From positions 3,296,001 through 3,360,000 of the forward strand of contig CAWIPH010000002.1 of NCBI GenBank assembly GCA_963837955.1: a stretch of 64,000 nucleotides of DNA, read 5' to 3'. The position numbers and the translations under genes were made by a program. The stretch is from an uncultured Verrucomicrobiae bacterium (GTDB lineage Bacteria > Verrucomicrobiota > Verrucomicrobiia > Chthoniobacterales > JAFAMB01). Position 1 is the stretch's first letter; the number at the start of each line of letters is the position of its first letter. Below the pieces are notes generated by a model. That model searched no databases and was not told the origin of the DNA. It saw only the letters and a list, made by a program, of their open reading frames with translations. This document shows, in pieces, positions 30,326 through 41,419 of this stretch.

Positions 30326-31330
30326 CTACGTCTTCACCCGGGTCGAATGAATCCGGCGCTGTAGCCGGTTCGCGACCATGACCGTGACAAGCAACGCCCC
30401 GTAGAGAAGATCGCGAGCAAAATTATTCACAGACAGCAAATTGAGACCGCTCGACAGAAATTGAAGAGATAGTACGGCTAACACCAAACCCAACACGGTC
30501 CCAGAACCGCCATTCGGATTGACTCCCGCAAGGATATTGATCAATACGGCCAAGAGGAGATAGGAAGTGCCGTAATCGGGGTTCGCACTATTCGCCCGCG
30601 CCAGGATTAGCAATCCGGCGCACGACGCCATGACCCCGCTCAGAATGTATGTCAGCATGAGTACCCGGAACGTCGGGATGCCAGCAAAAGGGGCAGCTCG
30701 CGAATTAGTTCCGTACAGCCGCATCTGTTTGCCCAGTAACATGCGCGCGGTGACCACGTAGATCACGCCAAGCGCCAAAATAAAAACTAACAGCGGTACC
30801 GGAATCCCGAAAAAGGCCCCATTACCGACATATGCGTAGCCGCTGGGTAAGCCGGTAATTGAGCTCCCTTTCGTCAAAATGATCCCGACTCCGGCGAAGA
30901 ATTGCAGCGTCCCAAGCGTTGCTAGAATCGCCGGCAAACGCCAACCGGCGACAAGGAGGCCGTTGGTCGCCCCGGCGAGCACTCCAACCAGCAATGCCAC
31001 GGGCATAGCCAGCAGAAAAATCTGCTCCGGCAGACTGCGCATAAGGAATGCAGCGATGATTGCGCTTAAGTTAGCCACGCTGACCACGCTCAGATCGATA
31101 CCCCCGGTTAACATCGTCGGATGGATAGCTAACGCGAGAATGGCGAACTCGGGAAGTTGGTACGCCATCGAGCTCAGATTAGCGGCCGAGAGAAAGGCCC
31201 CCGGTCGGAGCGCACAAAACACTACAAAGATGATTACGGTGAAAATCGCCAACCGAATCACGTAGCGAGCGTTCTCCGACAAGGAGCGCGATTTTTTGTC
31301 TCGGGGGGCGTGGACGGCTTCTCGGTTCAC
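30326..31330 (-). CDS. Sugar ABC permease
   Basis: QLPEFAILAL, GGIDLS, ILATLGT, YGTSYLL, AGVNPNGG. Confidence 0.85.
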   Translation of the reverse strand: MNREAVHAPRDKKSRSLSENARYVIRLAIFTVIIFVVFCALRPGAFLSAANLSSMAYQLPEFAILALAIHPTMLTGGIDLSVVSVANLSAIIAAFLMRSLPEQIFLLAMPVALLVGVLAGATNGLLVAGWRLPAILATLGTLQFFAGVGIILTKGSSITGLPSGYAYVGNGAFFGIPVPLLVFILALGVIYVVTARMLLGKQMRLYGTNSRAAPFAGIPTFRVLMLTYILSGVMASCAGLLILARANSANPDYGTSYLLLAVLINILAGVNPNGGSGTVLGLVLAVLSLQFLSSGLNLLSVNNFARDLLYGALLVTVMVANRLQRRIHSTRVKT

Positions 31331-31435
31331 GGCTGGAAAGCGTTTAGCATAAACTTCTCCGCGAGCCAGTCGAAAGACTGTAAACGTTTTCTTTTTCTTG
31401 ACACTGCCTAGCCCGAATCTCTAAGCAGAGCTTAA

Positions 31436-31449
31436 CTATAGCGCTATAG
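31436..31449. promoter_or_regulatory. LacI-type operator candidate
   Basis: Perfect palindrome CTATAGCGCTATAG with central CG, between divergent ABC genes. Confidence 0.5.
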
Positions 31450-31487
31450 GTACCCCCCAAAAAAGTTATTCCAACTGCAGAAAAATC

Positions 31488-32486
31488 ATGAGACCAAAAT
31501 TCTTGGTTCCCTCCCTTGTCGTCGTTTGTCTTGTTTTCCTCACAGGCTTTGCCAGCCGAAGTTCTGCCGAGGATAAGAAATATAATCTGGCCACCGTCGT
31601 GAAGATTAGTGGCATCAATTGGTTCAACTACATGGAAACGGGCGTAAAGAAATTCGCCCAGGATACGGGGAATCAAACCGTTCAACTCGGTCCCCCGGTT
31701 ACCGACTCCGCCCAACAAAACCAGATTATCGAAGACCTCATCGCCAAGAAGGTCGATGCGATTTGCGTGGTTCCCTTTCAGCCGCCGGCCATGGAACCAG
31801 TGCTGAAAAAAGCAATGGATAACCACATCGTGGTAATCGCTCACGAAGCGTCCAATATCCAGAACGCGGACTACGATCTCGAGGCTTTCGATAACACCGC
31901 TTTTGGCGAACATATCATGGAAAATCTCGCCCAAAGAATGAACTACGAAGGCGAGTATGCCGTCTTCGTCGGCAGCCTGACTTCAAAAACGCATAACGAA
32001 TGGGCCGACGGCGCGATCGCTCTGCAAAAGAAAAAGTATCCCAAGATGAAGCTCGCCGTGGACAAGATCGAGACCAATGACGACCAGCAAGTTTCCTACG
32101 CGAAGGCGAAAGAACTGCTCAGGTCCCACCCCAACATCAAAGGATTCCAAGGTAGCGCCTCAACCGATGCCCCAGGCTGCGGTTTGGCCGTGGAAGAGGC
32201 CGGTCTCCAGGATAAAGTGGTAGTGGTTGGCACCGGTGTTCCCTCCTTGGTCAAAAAATATTTGCCGAGCGGTGCGGTGCGCATGATCTCGTTTTGGGAT
32301 TCTTCGATCGCCGGTTACGCCATGGATAAGCTCGCGGTCATGGTTCTGAAAGGTCAGAAGGTCACTGACGGAATGGACCTCGGATTACCCGGATACGAGA
32401 AAATCAGATTGGTCAACAATAAGGTTATCTACGGAAATGGCTGGATTGACTGCACCAAGGATAACATGGATAAATTTGACTTTTAG
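31488..32486 (+). CDS. LsrB-like sugar/polyol ABC substrate-binding protein
   Basis: Signal peptide, VVKISGINWF, HEA, EAFDN, VGSLTSKTHNEW. Confidence 0.85.
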   Translation: MRPKFLVPSLVVVCLVFLTGFASRSSAEDKKYNLATVVKISGINWFNYMETGVKKFAQDTGNQTVQLGPPVTDSAQQNQIIEDLIAKKVDAICVVPFQPPAMEPVLKKAMDNHIVVIAHEASNIQNADYDLEAFDNTAFGEHIMENLAQRMNYEGEYAVFVGSLTSKTHNEWADGAIALQKKKYPKMKLAVDKIETNDDQQVSYAKAKELLRSHPNIKGFQGSASTDAPGCGLAVEEAGLQDKVVVVGTGVPSLVKKYLPSGAVRMISFWDSSIAGYAMDKLAVMVLKGQKVTDGMDLGLPGYEKIRLVNNKVIYGNGWIDCTKDNMDKFDF

Positions 32487-32753
32487 GTAAGGAGGAATAG
32501 GAGGGCCAGCGGGGCGGGATCGCAGCTTTCCCCACCTTGATTGACGCAGCCGCCACCGGTTTGATCACGCGAAGGCGACTGCGTTTTGTGATTGTCCCAG
32601 TCAGTCGCTCTGCGCGATCGCAGCGTAGTTATCTTACGCTGCACCCGGCCGGATTGTCGCTGCCACTGACTCCCGTATTCTGTGTTCTGTTTCCTCGGCT
32701 TCTTCATCACCCCCGGTGCCTTTGCGTGAGTTTTTTTCTGATTTGAAAACAAC

Positions 32754-34241
32754 ATGGCTTCGCTACTCGCTCAGAATATTTCGAAGACTTACGTTCGCGT
32801 CCCTGTTCTTAAGAACGTGACTCTGGCGGTTGAACCCGCATCGGTTCACTGTCTGGCAGGCGAAAATGGATCTGGCAAATCGACCCTGATCAAGATCATC
32901 GCCGGAACCTTGAGACCGGACGATGGAGAGGTTTTTATCGACGGTCATGACGCCACGAAGGTGAATGCGCTCGGCCGGATCGATCTCGGCCTGAGTGTAA
33001 TCTATCAGGACTTTTCGCTGCTCCCCAACCTGTCCGTTTTCGAGAACATCACTTTTTTAGACAGTGTCTCGCGGCATCGCAAGTCGGTCGACTTCCGGCG
33101 GCTGCGACGGCAAGCGGAGCTAATTCTCGAAAAGATGCGTGTGCAAATCCCGTTGGACGCACTGATCGAAGAGCTACCGGTTTCAAACCAACAGCTCGTC
33201 GCCATTGCTCGCGCTTTGAGCAACCGCTCGAAGATTATCATTATGGACGAACCGACCTCTGCGCTAACCAAGCGCGAAGTCCGCACGCTTTTCCAAATTG
33301 TCCAAGCTATCCGGCAGGATCGAGTCAGCTTTATTTTCGTGACCCACAAGTTAGAAGAGATCCACGAAATCTGCGATCATGTGACGGTCATCCGAAACGG
33401 CGAAGTGGTTACTTTCGGGGCGATCAGCGATTTCACTACAGCCCAACTTAGCGAAGCGATCACCGGGCGCCGGATCCAGATCGAAAGGCTGCAGCCGCCC
33501 GCTCCCCCGTCCGATATCCCGCCGCTTTTAGAAGTGCAATCTTTGACCGCCGAGCCGCACTACCGGGATATCAGCTTTCAGATTAGGCATGGTGAGATCG
33601 TCGGCCTTACCGGCTTACTTGGCTCGGGTCGCTCCGAACTGGCGCTGAGTCTGGCGGGTCAGATGGCGGCAGACAAAGGTACGATCCGGCTCGACGAGGC
33701 AGAGATTCATCCTCGAACCGTCCGCCAAGCGCAGAAGTTAGGAATCGGCTACGTTCCGGAGGATCGGCTGAGCGAAGGTCTGTTTCTCGAGCAGGAGATC
33801 TTCGACAATATGCTCATCGCGAACATGGGCCGGCGAACTTCCTTTGGGCTCCTCGATCGCGAACGGATTCGTCGCGACGGCGAGGAGTTTATTCGGCAGC
33901 TCGATATCAAGGCGCAAAGTGGCCGCGACCCGGTGCAAACCCTTTCCGGCGGTAACCAGCAACGAGTCCTCATTGCCCGTTATCTCGATCTGAACCCGAA
34001 GCTCTTGATTCTGAACGGACCCACTATCGGGGTCGACGTCGGATCGAAACATGAAATTCACCTCCTGATTGCCGCCTTGGCCAAGGCCGGAACCGGCATC
34101 CTAGTCGTTTCAGACGATCTTCCTGAACTGCTCAGCGTTTGCCATCGCATTCTGGTGATAGCAGACGGCAAATTGACGAACGAACATTCCGCTCTGAATC
34201 TGGATCTTCAGATTCTGGCGCGCGAGGTAACGATGGAGTAA
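32754..34241 (+). CDS. Sugar ABC ATP-binding protein
   Basis: GENGSGKST, MDEPT, PEDRLSEG, LSGGNQQR. Confidence 0.9.
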   Translation: MASLLAQNISKTYVRVPVLKNVTLAVEPASVHCLAGENGSGKSTLIKIIAGTLRPDDGEVFIDGHDATKVNALGRIDLGLSVIYQDFSLLPNLSVFENITFLDSVSRHRKSVDFRRLRRQAELILEKMRVQIPLDALIEELPVSNQQLVAIARALSNRSKIIIMDEPTSALTKREVRTLFQIVQAIRQDRVSFIFVTHKLEEIHEICDHVTVIRNGEVVTFGAISDFTTAQLSEAITGRRIQIERLQPPAPPSDIPPLLEVQSLTAEPHYRDISFQIRHGEIVGLTGLLGSGRSELALSLAGQMAADKGTIRLDEAEIHPRTVRQAQKLGIGYVPEDRLSEGLFLEQEIFDNMLIANMGRRTSFGLLDRERIRRDGEEFIRQLDIKAQSGRDPVQTLSGGNQQRVLIARYLDLNPKLLILNGPTIGVDVGSKHEIHLLIAALAKAGTGILVVSDDLPELLSVCHRILVIADGKLTNEHSALNLDLQILAREVTME

Positions 34242-34244
34242 CGG

Positions 34245-35258
34245 ATGCGCTGGTTGTCGAAATACTTCCGCTCGTCCGAAGGAGTGATCCTCCTGACGAT
34301 GGTCGTTCTGTGTACCGTCGTCACCTGCATCAACCCGGTTTTTCTAAGCGCTCCAAATCTGCTCGACCTGGTTCGAGACAGCATTACGACGGGCCTCTTT
34401 GCTTTAGGGGTTTACCTGGCTCTGCTTTCCGGCGGACTCGACGTTTCTTTCACCGCAGTGGGTGCACTATCGATGTACGCCACGGTCAAACTTTTTGTAC
34501 AGATCGACCCGCATGCTTCACTGTTTTCGGTCTTTCTAGTTGCCGCTGTGATTGGAGGGATCCTCGGCGCCTTCAACGCCACACTCATTGCCCTCTTCCG
34601 TTTACCCACCCTCATTGTGACTCTGGGAACATTGAATTTGTTCCGGGGCATCCTCCTGACATTTGTCGGGACTAAACATATTACTGACATCCCGGATTGC
34701 ATGCTTCAGCTATCTCGAACCTTCCTCTACCGTGGTAAATTAGCTGATGGCAGTCTTTTCAGTCTGCCAGCAACGACCTTAGCGTTGGTGATTGTCGCAA
34801 TTGCCGTTGCCGTTCTCGTGCGTTACACAATGCTCGGCCGCTCCATCTACGCGATCGGTGGAAGCGAAGTCGCCAGCAATCGGCTGGGCATCCCGGTCGC
34901 GCGTATTCGATTCTTTGTTTATGTGGTGATCGGAATTATTGCCGGCATCGCCGGAATCGTTCATGGCTCGCAGATCCGCGTTGCCAACCCGTTTGATCTG
35001 GTTGGCACCGAACTCAACGTGTTAGCAGCCGTGGTACTCGGAGGTACTCGCATTACTGGAGGACGGGGAAGCGTTTTTGGAACGCTGATGGGTGTCTTCC
35101 TGGTGACTATTATTAATAACTCGCTGATTCTACTCGGCGTTTCTTCCTATTACGACCGCTGCGTCATCGGCATCTTAGTGGTTCTCGGAGCCGGCGGTCC
35201 GCTACTGCTGCAACGTCTTCAATCCGGCAAGAAAGCGTGGTTGCCGGGTAAATCGTAA
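34245..35258 (+). CDS. Sugar ABC permease
   Basis: GGLDVSF, YAIGG, ELNVLAAVVLGG. Confidence 0.9.
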   Translation: MRWLSKYFRSSEGVILLTMVVLCTVVTCINPVFLSAPNLLDLVRDSITTGLFALGVYLALLSGGLDVSFTAVGALSMYATVKLFVQIDPHASLFSVFLVAAVIGGILGAFNATLIALFRLPTLIVTLGTLNLFRGILLTFVGTKHITDIPDCMLQLSRTFLYRGKLADGSLFSLPATTLALVIVAIAVAVLVRYTMLGRSIYAIGGSEVASNRLGIPVARIRFFVYVVIGIIAGIAGIVHGSQIRVANPFDLVGTELNVLAAVVLGGTRITGGRGSVFGTLMGVFLVTIINNSLILLGVSSYYDRCVIGILVVLGAGGPLLLQRLQSGKKAWLPGKS

Positions 35259-35312
35259 TTCCCGAACGGACCTTGAAAGTAAGCAGCGCTTGGCCCGTCA
35301 AACCGAAGTGTG

Positions 35313-36368
35313 TTAGCTGGCAAAAACACTGGCAGTAGATTCTCGAACCAGAAGAGTACAGGGCAACTCCCGGCACAAGGGTTCGGCTCGTTTCCCTGCA
35401 AGGCGATCGGTCAGAGCAGACCAGGCATCGCGAGCGATCTCGTCGATTGGCTGGTGCAATGCAGAAAGAAAGGGTCGGAGCGCCGTCATCCATTCGCAGT
35501 CGTCGAAAGCAAGCAGCGAGATCGTTTCGGGTACAGAGAGGCCGGCTTCCCAGATGGCCCGAAGCGCACCGAGGGCCAAGGAACCGGTCGCCGCAAAAAC
35601 AGCGGTGGGCCGATCGTGTTCTGCTAGTATTGGCCGAAGAGCTTTCCATGCCTGTTCGGAACTCATCCCGGAAACGACCACCTTTGCAAACCGGGAGAGG
35701 CCCGCTTCAGCGAGCGCATTTCGATAACCCTGGATTCTTTCTGCGACGTTGCGAAGGAGCGGTTCACTCGCCAGCATGGTGATCCTGCGATGGCCGAGCG
35801 AAATGAGATGACGGCATCCTTCGCAGGCCGCTGTGATGTTGGTGGCACAGACACTATCGAATTCGGTTCCTTTTTCGACTCTATCGACGATTACGGTTGG
35901 GATTTTGCTTTTACGGATATCGTTGAGCGTCTCCGACTGATCGCGGCAGGGCGTCACAATTAACCCATCTACTTGTCTGCGAATGAGCGCGAGAACCCGC
36001 TCCCGTTCTCTATCGGGATCCTCTTGCGTGTCCGCCAGAAGGATCTGGTAGTCGCTGCGCGCAGCGAGTTCCTCAATCCGGCGCACCACGGCAGCAAAAA
36101 AGCTGTTTGTGATATCCGGCACAACGATACCGATCACACCCGACCGTCGTGCGCGCAGACTCGCTGCCACCCAATTGGGGCTGTATCCAAGCAACTCAAT
36201 CGCATCGCGAACCTTTTTTTGACGGTCTGGGCCCACAAACCGTGTACCACGTAGAACGTTTGATACTGTGGCTGTTGATACGCCTGCCGCTTCGGCAACG
36301 TCGCGAATCGTTGGTCGCGGGCTTCTGACCGCTTGCTGCCTTTGTGGCATCGAATTTTTCCGCATCAC
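35313..36368 (-). CDS. LacI-family transcriptional regulator
   Basis: TIRDVAEAAGVSTATVSNV HTH, VPDITNSFF, LLVRES. Confidence 0.9.
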   Translation of the reverse strand: MMRKNSMPQRQQAVRSPRPTIRDVAEAAGVSTATVSNVLRGTRFVGPDRQKKVRDAIELLGYSPNWVAASLRARRSGVIGIVVPDITNSFFAAVVRRIEELAARSDYQILLADTQEDPDRERERVLALIRRQVDGLIVTPCRDQSETLNDIRKSKIPTVIVDRVEKGTEFDSVCATNITAACEGCRHLISLGHRRITMLASEPLLRNVAERIQGYRNALAEAGLSRFAKVVVSGMSSEQAWKALRPILAEHDRPTAVFAATGSLALGALRAIWEAGLSVPETISLLAFDDCEWMTALRPFLSALHQPIDEIARDAWSALTDRLAGKRAEPLCRELPCTLLVRESTASVFAS

Positions 36369-37414
36369 TTCGCCTTAGCGGGCCAAAGCCGCGTGATCCA
36401 TCGATCTCGAACCACCGCGATGACAATGGCCAGAATCATGGTGGCACCCCAGATCGCCGCCGTGAGGTACGGGCTAAATCCGAGTAAGTTAAAGCCGGTC
36501 GAGATTACCTGAAGGAGGACCAGCGAGAGAAAAAGGCCGAGAACGCGGCCAAAGCCACCGAATGGATCGACACCGCCCAGGACCGCCGCGAGTATCGTAA
36601 CTAGAAGATACGACTCGGCGTAGCCGGCGCTAGCCGAATTGAATCGAGCCATCATCACCAGCGCGGCTACCCAGCACAGCAGACTTGAGAGGACGTACAC
36701 ACCAACAAGCACCCATTCCGTCGGGACACCGGAGTAGCGAGTGGCCCTTTCATTCGAACCGATCAGGCGCACCGAAACCCCAAACGGAGCGTGGGTCGAA
36801 ATCACAGCAACGACTGCCGCGCAAAGTATTAAAAGAATCATCGACACAGGGATTCCGAATAGGGTTCCGTTCCCCAGGAACAGGATTGCCGATGGAAAAC
36901 CACCGATAACGGTGCCGCTCGTCGCCAGGACGGCGGTGCCTTTGACGAGGGTCATCGTCCCAAGCGTAACGAGGATCGGGTGAACGCCAAAGAAGGCAAC
37001 GATAGCCCCGGTCAAAAACCCGATTACCAGCGAGGTTAACATCCCGGCAAGCAGGGCCAGCACGATGACGGCGGCGATGACTAAGGGCGGAGTCGACGGC
37101 TGAATCAGGTGCGTCAGAATTGCTGCCATCACCAGCGCGGAGAGGTTCGCGGTCGAGATGATCGCGAGATTAAGTCCCCCGCTCATCAGCGGTACCATCA
37201 TCGCGAGCGACAGAATGCCAAGCTCTGGCATCTGCAACGCTATCGCGCGCAGCGTATCGCCCGAAAGAAACCGGCTTGGCGAGAGCGCACCGAAGATGAT
37301 TACGGCACCTATGATGAGAGCACCAAGCATCGTGATCGTCGGGTCAGTCCGCAGCAGGCCGGCAAAACGAGGCCTTGAGGCCGACGGCGACCTGGATGCG
37401 ATATCAGATGGCAT
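36365..37414 (-). CDS. Sugar ABC permease
   Basis: QMPELGILSL, YAESYLL, GGVDPFGG; paralog of 30326-31330. Confidence 0.85.
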   Translation of the reverse strand: MPSDIASRSPSASRPRFAGLLRTDPTITMLGALIIGAVIIFGALSPSRFLSGDTLRAIALQMPELGILSLAMMVPLMSGGLNLAIISTANLSALVMAAILTHLIQPSTPPLVIAAVIVLALLAGMLTSLVIGFLTGAIVAFFGVHPILVTLGTMTLVKGTAVLATSGTVIGGFPSAILFLGNGTLFGIPVSMILLILCAAVVAVISTHAPFGVSVRLIGSNERATRYSGVPTEWVLVGVYVLSSLLCWVAALVMMARFNSASAGYAESYLLVTILAAVLGGVDPFGGFGRVLGLFLSLVLLQVISTGFNLLGFSPYLTAAIWGATMILAIVIAVVRDRWITRLWPAKAK

Positions 37415-38372
37415 GGCGAACACTCCTCTTTCGCTGGCGTCTGGCGGCGTATGCAGTAGCGGTTACGCTCACCAAAATTACGATGCCGGTGACGAGTCCG
37501 AACGAGTAAGACGATACGCCGAGCAGGGTCAGGCCATTCTGGAGAACGGCTAACAGCAGGATTCCCAAGACCGTGCCGCTAACGGTCCCAATGCCACCAG
37601 AAAGGCTTGCTCCGCCAAGGACGACGGCAGCAAGCACATCGAGCTCTCGCCCAATCAGGGCGTACGGCACAACCTCCTCCACACGGTGCGCCTGCACAAT
37701 ACCGGCAATGGCGGCCATGAAGCCCGAATAACCGTAAGCGAAACACTGCAGTCCCACGATGTTGCAGCCCATGCGCTTCGCTGCCTCGGGATTCCCTCCA
37801 AGGCCATAAATTTGGCGACCTATCGGCAGCCGGCTTAGGAGGAAGAGCGTCACTAGCAGGGCGATGGCAGCAACCATGACTGGGAAGGGAATCGACAGAA
37901 ATGAAATATTGCCCGTGAACCAGTTTGGCAGATCATAGATTGACCTGCCCTGAGTCACAAACATCAGTATGGAAAAGTAAAAGGTCATCGTCGAAATCGT
38001 CACGATCACCGAAATCGCGCCGAGGTAATAGATAAGCAAAGCGTTGACCACACCGAGTAACGCACCGAACAAGCCGGCGAATGCGAAGGCAGTAAACCAA
38101 TTGCCTCCGAACCTCACCAGGATGGTCGCAACCAGGAATTGGCTGACGGCGGCTATCGCCTCAAATGAAATGTCAATTCCGCCGGAGATCAGCACAACCA
38201 AAAGGCCGGCCGCCATTATCGCCATGACCGAATAGGTCTCCAGCAAATCAGCCACGTTTCCGAGCGTCAGAAACCCTGGGGATAGCGTTGAGAAGAAGGT
38301 CGCCATGATCGCAATGATGATCCCAATCTGGATGTCGTGGCGACGGAAGGCAGCGCTGATGTACTTAGGCAC
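37404..38372 (-). CDS. Sugar ABC permease
   Basis: GGIDISF, ELDVLAAVVLGG; paralog of 34245-35258. Confidence 0.85.
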   Translation of the reverse strand: MPKYISAAFRRHDIQIGIIIAIMATFFSTLSPGFLTLGNVADLLETYSVMAIMAAGLLVVLISGGIDISFEAIAAVSQFLVATILVRFGGNWFTAFAFAGLFGALLGVVNALLIYYLGAISVIVTISTMTFYFSILMFVTQGRSIYDLPNWFTGNISFLSIPFPVMVAAIALLVTLFLLSRLPIGRQIYGLGGNPEAAKRMGCNIVGLQCFAYGYSGFMAAIAGIVQAHRVEEVVPYALIGRELDVLAAVVLGGASLSGGIGTVSGTVLGILLLAVLQNGLTLLGVSSYSFGLVTGIVILVSVTATAYAARRQRKRSVRHAI

Positions 38373-39894
38373 TAATCGCCTCCCGGAGTTCCTGTTCGGT
38401 CACCTTCGCCGGATCAAACGTCGCGGTAATCCGCCCCGACAACATCACGAGGATGCGGTGGGCCTGATGTAGGACTTCTTCCACCTCGTCCGTGATAAGA
38501 ATAATGGCGATGCCGCGGGCAGCTAAAGCGTCAACGATCTGATAAATTCCTACCTTGGCTCCGACGTCGACACCAACCGTCGGCGAGTCGAGGATTAGAA
38601 TGCGCGGGTCGGTCGCGAGCCATTTGGCGAGGACGACCCGCTGTTGGTTGCCACCCGACAACTCCTGCACAGGCCGATCGGGCGCTTTGGTTTTCACGTG
38701 CAGTTCATCGATCCAACGATTGACTGTCTTCCGCCGTCGCCCACCGTCGATAAGCCCTAAGACACCCGTCAGCTTGCGCAATACGGTGACGACGATGTTG
38801 TCGGCAATCGACTGTGGCATCACGAGCCCGAGCGAGAGCCGGTCCTCCGAAACGTATCCAATCCCCTGACGGATGGCCGCTCGATTCGTGCGCAGCCGGA
38901 CCGGCTTGCCACCGATCCGGATCTCGCCGGCATCAGGAGGATTCATGCCGAACAGTGAAAGCGCAAGTTCCGTTCGACCGGAGCCCAACCGGCCGGTGAT
39001 CCCAAGAATTTCGCCGGGACGTAGAACAAGGTCGACTTCTTCATAATGGCCGCGCCGGGTTAGACCGCGGATCTCGAGAATCGGGGCGACCTCGCTCGAA
39101 AATGTTGGTCTCAGAGAGGACTCGAACTTTTGACCCGTCATCAGTTCAGTGAGTCGGTAACGATTGATCTCGCTCGCGGGATAAGTTCCGACTTTGTTAC
39201 CGTCTCGCAGCACTGTTACGCGCTCTGCGATCCGCATCACCTCTTCCAGCTTGTGGCTGACGAAGACGGTAGCGATCCCATGGGTCTTCAACCCGCGCAC
39301 CGTCTCCAAAAGCGCATCGATTTCGTGGTGGGTGAGCGATGCGGTCGGCTCGTCCATCACTACCAGACGAGCTTCCGCCGCCAGCGCGCGACAGATCGCG
39401 ACCAGTTGGCGGCCAGCAATCGGGAGTCGGCCAACCACCTCTTCCAGCGGCAGATCGACTCCGAGCCGCGACATCACCTCTCTGGCTTGCCTCACCATCT
39501 CACGCCAGCGTATCAGTCGCGCTGGCGTTTCGACGTGGTGCCTAAACACGATATTCTCGGCAACCGAAAGGTTCGGGAATAGCGAAAGATCCTGATAAAT
39601 GATCTGTACGCCCGCGCGTTGAGACGCAGCGGGCGACAGATGCGAATGCGCTTGCTGGTCGAGAATGATTTTCCCTTCGTCCGGTGCATAAACGCCGGCG
39701 AGAATCTTAATCAGCGTGCTCTTGCCGCATCCGTTCTCGCCGGCGAGGCAGTGGATCTCTGCGGGACGAATCGTGAAGTCGACGTTGGTCAGCGCACGAA
39801 CCCCACCGAAACGCTTACTGATACCCAGCATTTCGATGAACGCGGGCGCTGCTTCAGACTGGTCGTGCTCGGCAAGCTCGCGTGGCACAATCAT
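38365..39894 (-). CDS. Sugar ABC ATP-binding protein
   Basis: GENGCGKST, MDEPT, LSGGNQQR. Confidence 0.9.
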   Translation of the reverse strand: MIVPRELAEHDQSEAAPAFIEMLGISKRFGGVRALTNVDFTIRPAEIHCLAGENGCGKSTLIKILAGVYAPDEGKIILDQQAHSHLSPAASQRAGVQIIYQDLSLFPNLSVAENIVFRHHVETPARLIRWREMVRQAREVMSRLGVDLPLEEVVGRLPIAGRQLVAICRALAAEARLVVMDEPTASLTHHEIDALLETVRGLKTHGIATVFVSHKLEEVMRIAERVTVLRDGNKVGTYPASEINRYRLTELMTGQKFESSLRPTFSSEVAPILEIRGLTRRGHYEEVDLVLRPGEILGITGRLGSGRTELALSLFGMNPPDAGEIRIGGKPVRLRTNRAAIRQGIGYVSEDRLSLGLVMPQSIADNIVVTVLRKLTGVLGLIDGGRRRKTVNRWIDELHVKTKAPDRPVQELSGGNQQRVVLAKWLATDPRILILDSPTVGVDVGAKVGIYQIVDALAARGIAIILITDEVEEVLHQAHRILVMLSGRITATFDPAKVTEQELREAISA

Positions 39895-39911
39895 CGCGGG
39901 ATCAATCTTCC

Positions 39912-40907
39912 TCAGAGCCCCAGCGCAACAAGCTGATCTACTGTGTCTTTATTGACCGCCTGATACTTGATCACTTTGATGACATGGGTCTCCGGATTGA
40001 CCGTGGCCTTACCGAGCCCTTTGATCTCCGTACCGTCAGCGATGGGTGTTCCGTCAATCACCATCTTCGCTACATTCACGATCGCTTCACCAGCCTGCTC
40101 CGGGTTCCAGATGTAGCCGTCGAGGATCACACCCTCCTTGATGAGTTTTTGCCCTTGCGAAGGCACGCATGCCCCCACTAGCGCGATCTTGCCGACTTTT
40201 CCCTTCTCTTTGAGAGCCCGGCCCGCGCCGATCGGACCTAGACTGCCAAACGTCAGGATCCCCTTCAGATTTGGATGCGCGAGCATCATATCGACGGCGG
40301 TCTTGTAGCTGTCATCCACGCTCTCCGCGACGCCGAAACGGTCGGCGACGAGCTTCATCTTGGGATAATGCTCTTTTTGATAGGCGATCGCCGCATCAGC
40401 CCACAAGTTGTGGAGCGGCACGGTAAGCGAGCCCACGTAAACGATATACTCGCCTTCCTCTCCCATCGCCTTCGCGAGGGATTTTATGTGTAATTCTCCG
40501 AATTCTTTGTTGTCGATCATTTCTATATCCCACACCGCGCCTTTTTGACCTGGCGATTCGTGAGTAATGACCGGAATTCCGGCTTCTTTGGCGCGATCAA
40601 AAACTGGCTCAAGTGCCTTGGCGTCATTTGGCACCACAGCGATCAGCTTTACTTTCTTGGCGATCAAGTCCTCGACGGCGCGCACCTGTTGGGCAGGATC
40701 AGCGGTCGTCGGGCCGATCATATAAGCGTTGTAGTTGTTTTCCTTTCCGGCCTTCTGGATGCCTTTTTCCATGGCGTTGAACCAGGGTATACCGCCAATC
40801 TTGACCACGACCGCGACCTCCTCGCCAGCGGCAAGCACCTGATTAGCAAGTGCTGAACATAAAAAAACCACTGCAGCGAACGCTGCACGACTGAAGGGAA
40901 TGAGCAT
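39912..40907 (-). CDS. LsrB-like sugar/polyol ABC substrate-binding protein
   Basis: Signal peptide from MLIPF, VVKIGGIPWF, HES, VGSLTVPLHNLW. Confidence 0.85.
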   Translation of the reverse strand: MLIPFSRAAFAAVVFLCSALANQVLAAGEEVAVVVKIGGIPWFNAMEKGIQKAGKENNYNAYMIGPTTADPAQQVRAVEDLIAKKVKLIAVVPNDAKALEPVFDRAKEAGIPVITHESPGQKGAVWDIEMIDNKEFGELHIKSLAKAMGEEGEYIVYVGSLTVPLHNLWADAAIAYQKEHYPKMKLVADRFGVAESVDDSYKTAVDMMLAHPNLKGILTFGSLGPIGAGRALKEKGKVGKIALVGACVPSQGQKLIKEGVILDGYIWNPEQAGEAIVNVAKMVIDGTPIADGTEIKGLGKATVNPETHVIKVIKYQAVNKDTVDQLVALGL

Positions 40908-41239
40908 GTTATTTCTTGTTTCTGGGGGTTGAGCTCGCCACACGAAGTGATGAGCTAGTTGATTCATTAGGACTAAATACTTATGCACCGGTGCAGCCAA
41001 ATCTGTCCAGTGAAGTGAAAGATAAGTGTTAACGTTCGGGGGTCCATCGAATCTGTTCGATGAAAGGATTAATTAAACGATTAACCTTTCGCCACCTGTG
41101 TATGTCTTTCCTGCGACTCTTGTCAAGCTCGGGAGGGATGGCTCTGTTGTGCCGCCTGCGGTTCCGCACGGCTGAATTTTCGTCCTCGTGCTCGTCGTCG
41201 TCGTCCTCGATTCCCAGGGCGATCCAACGAGGAAACGCC

Positions 41240-41357
41240 GGGAGGGATTGCGTCCCCGCAATCCGCTGCCTAACCCACGATGCTGACATCTGCGTTCCAT
41301 CGTCTGGTTTCGTCCCTGGGTGAAACAACGACGGCGCGCGAGGACGCGTGCCCTCCC
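41240..41357. repeat. REP-like inverted doublet (GGGAGGG family)
   Basis: GGGAGGGATTGCGTCCCCGCAATCCGC ... CGGCGCGCGAGGACGCGTGCCCTCCC; same family as 30124-30175. Confidence 0.65.
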
Positions 41358-41419
41358 CGTCAGGGGTAATTCGACTATAAGGACGAATTCGAATGCGGCT
41401 GCGCCGCATTGCCCCAGCC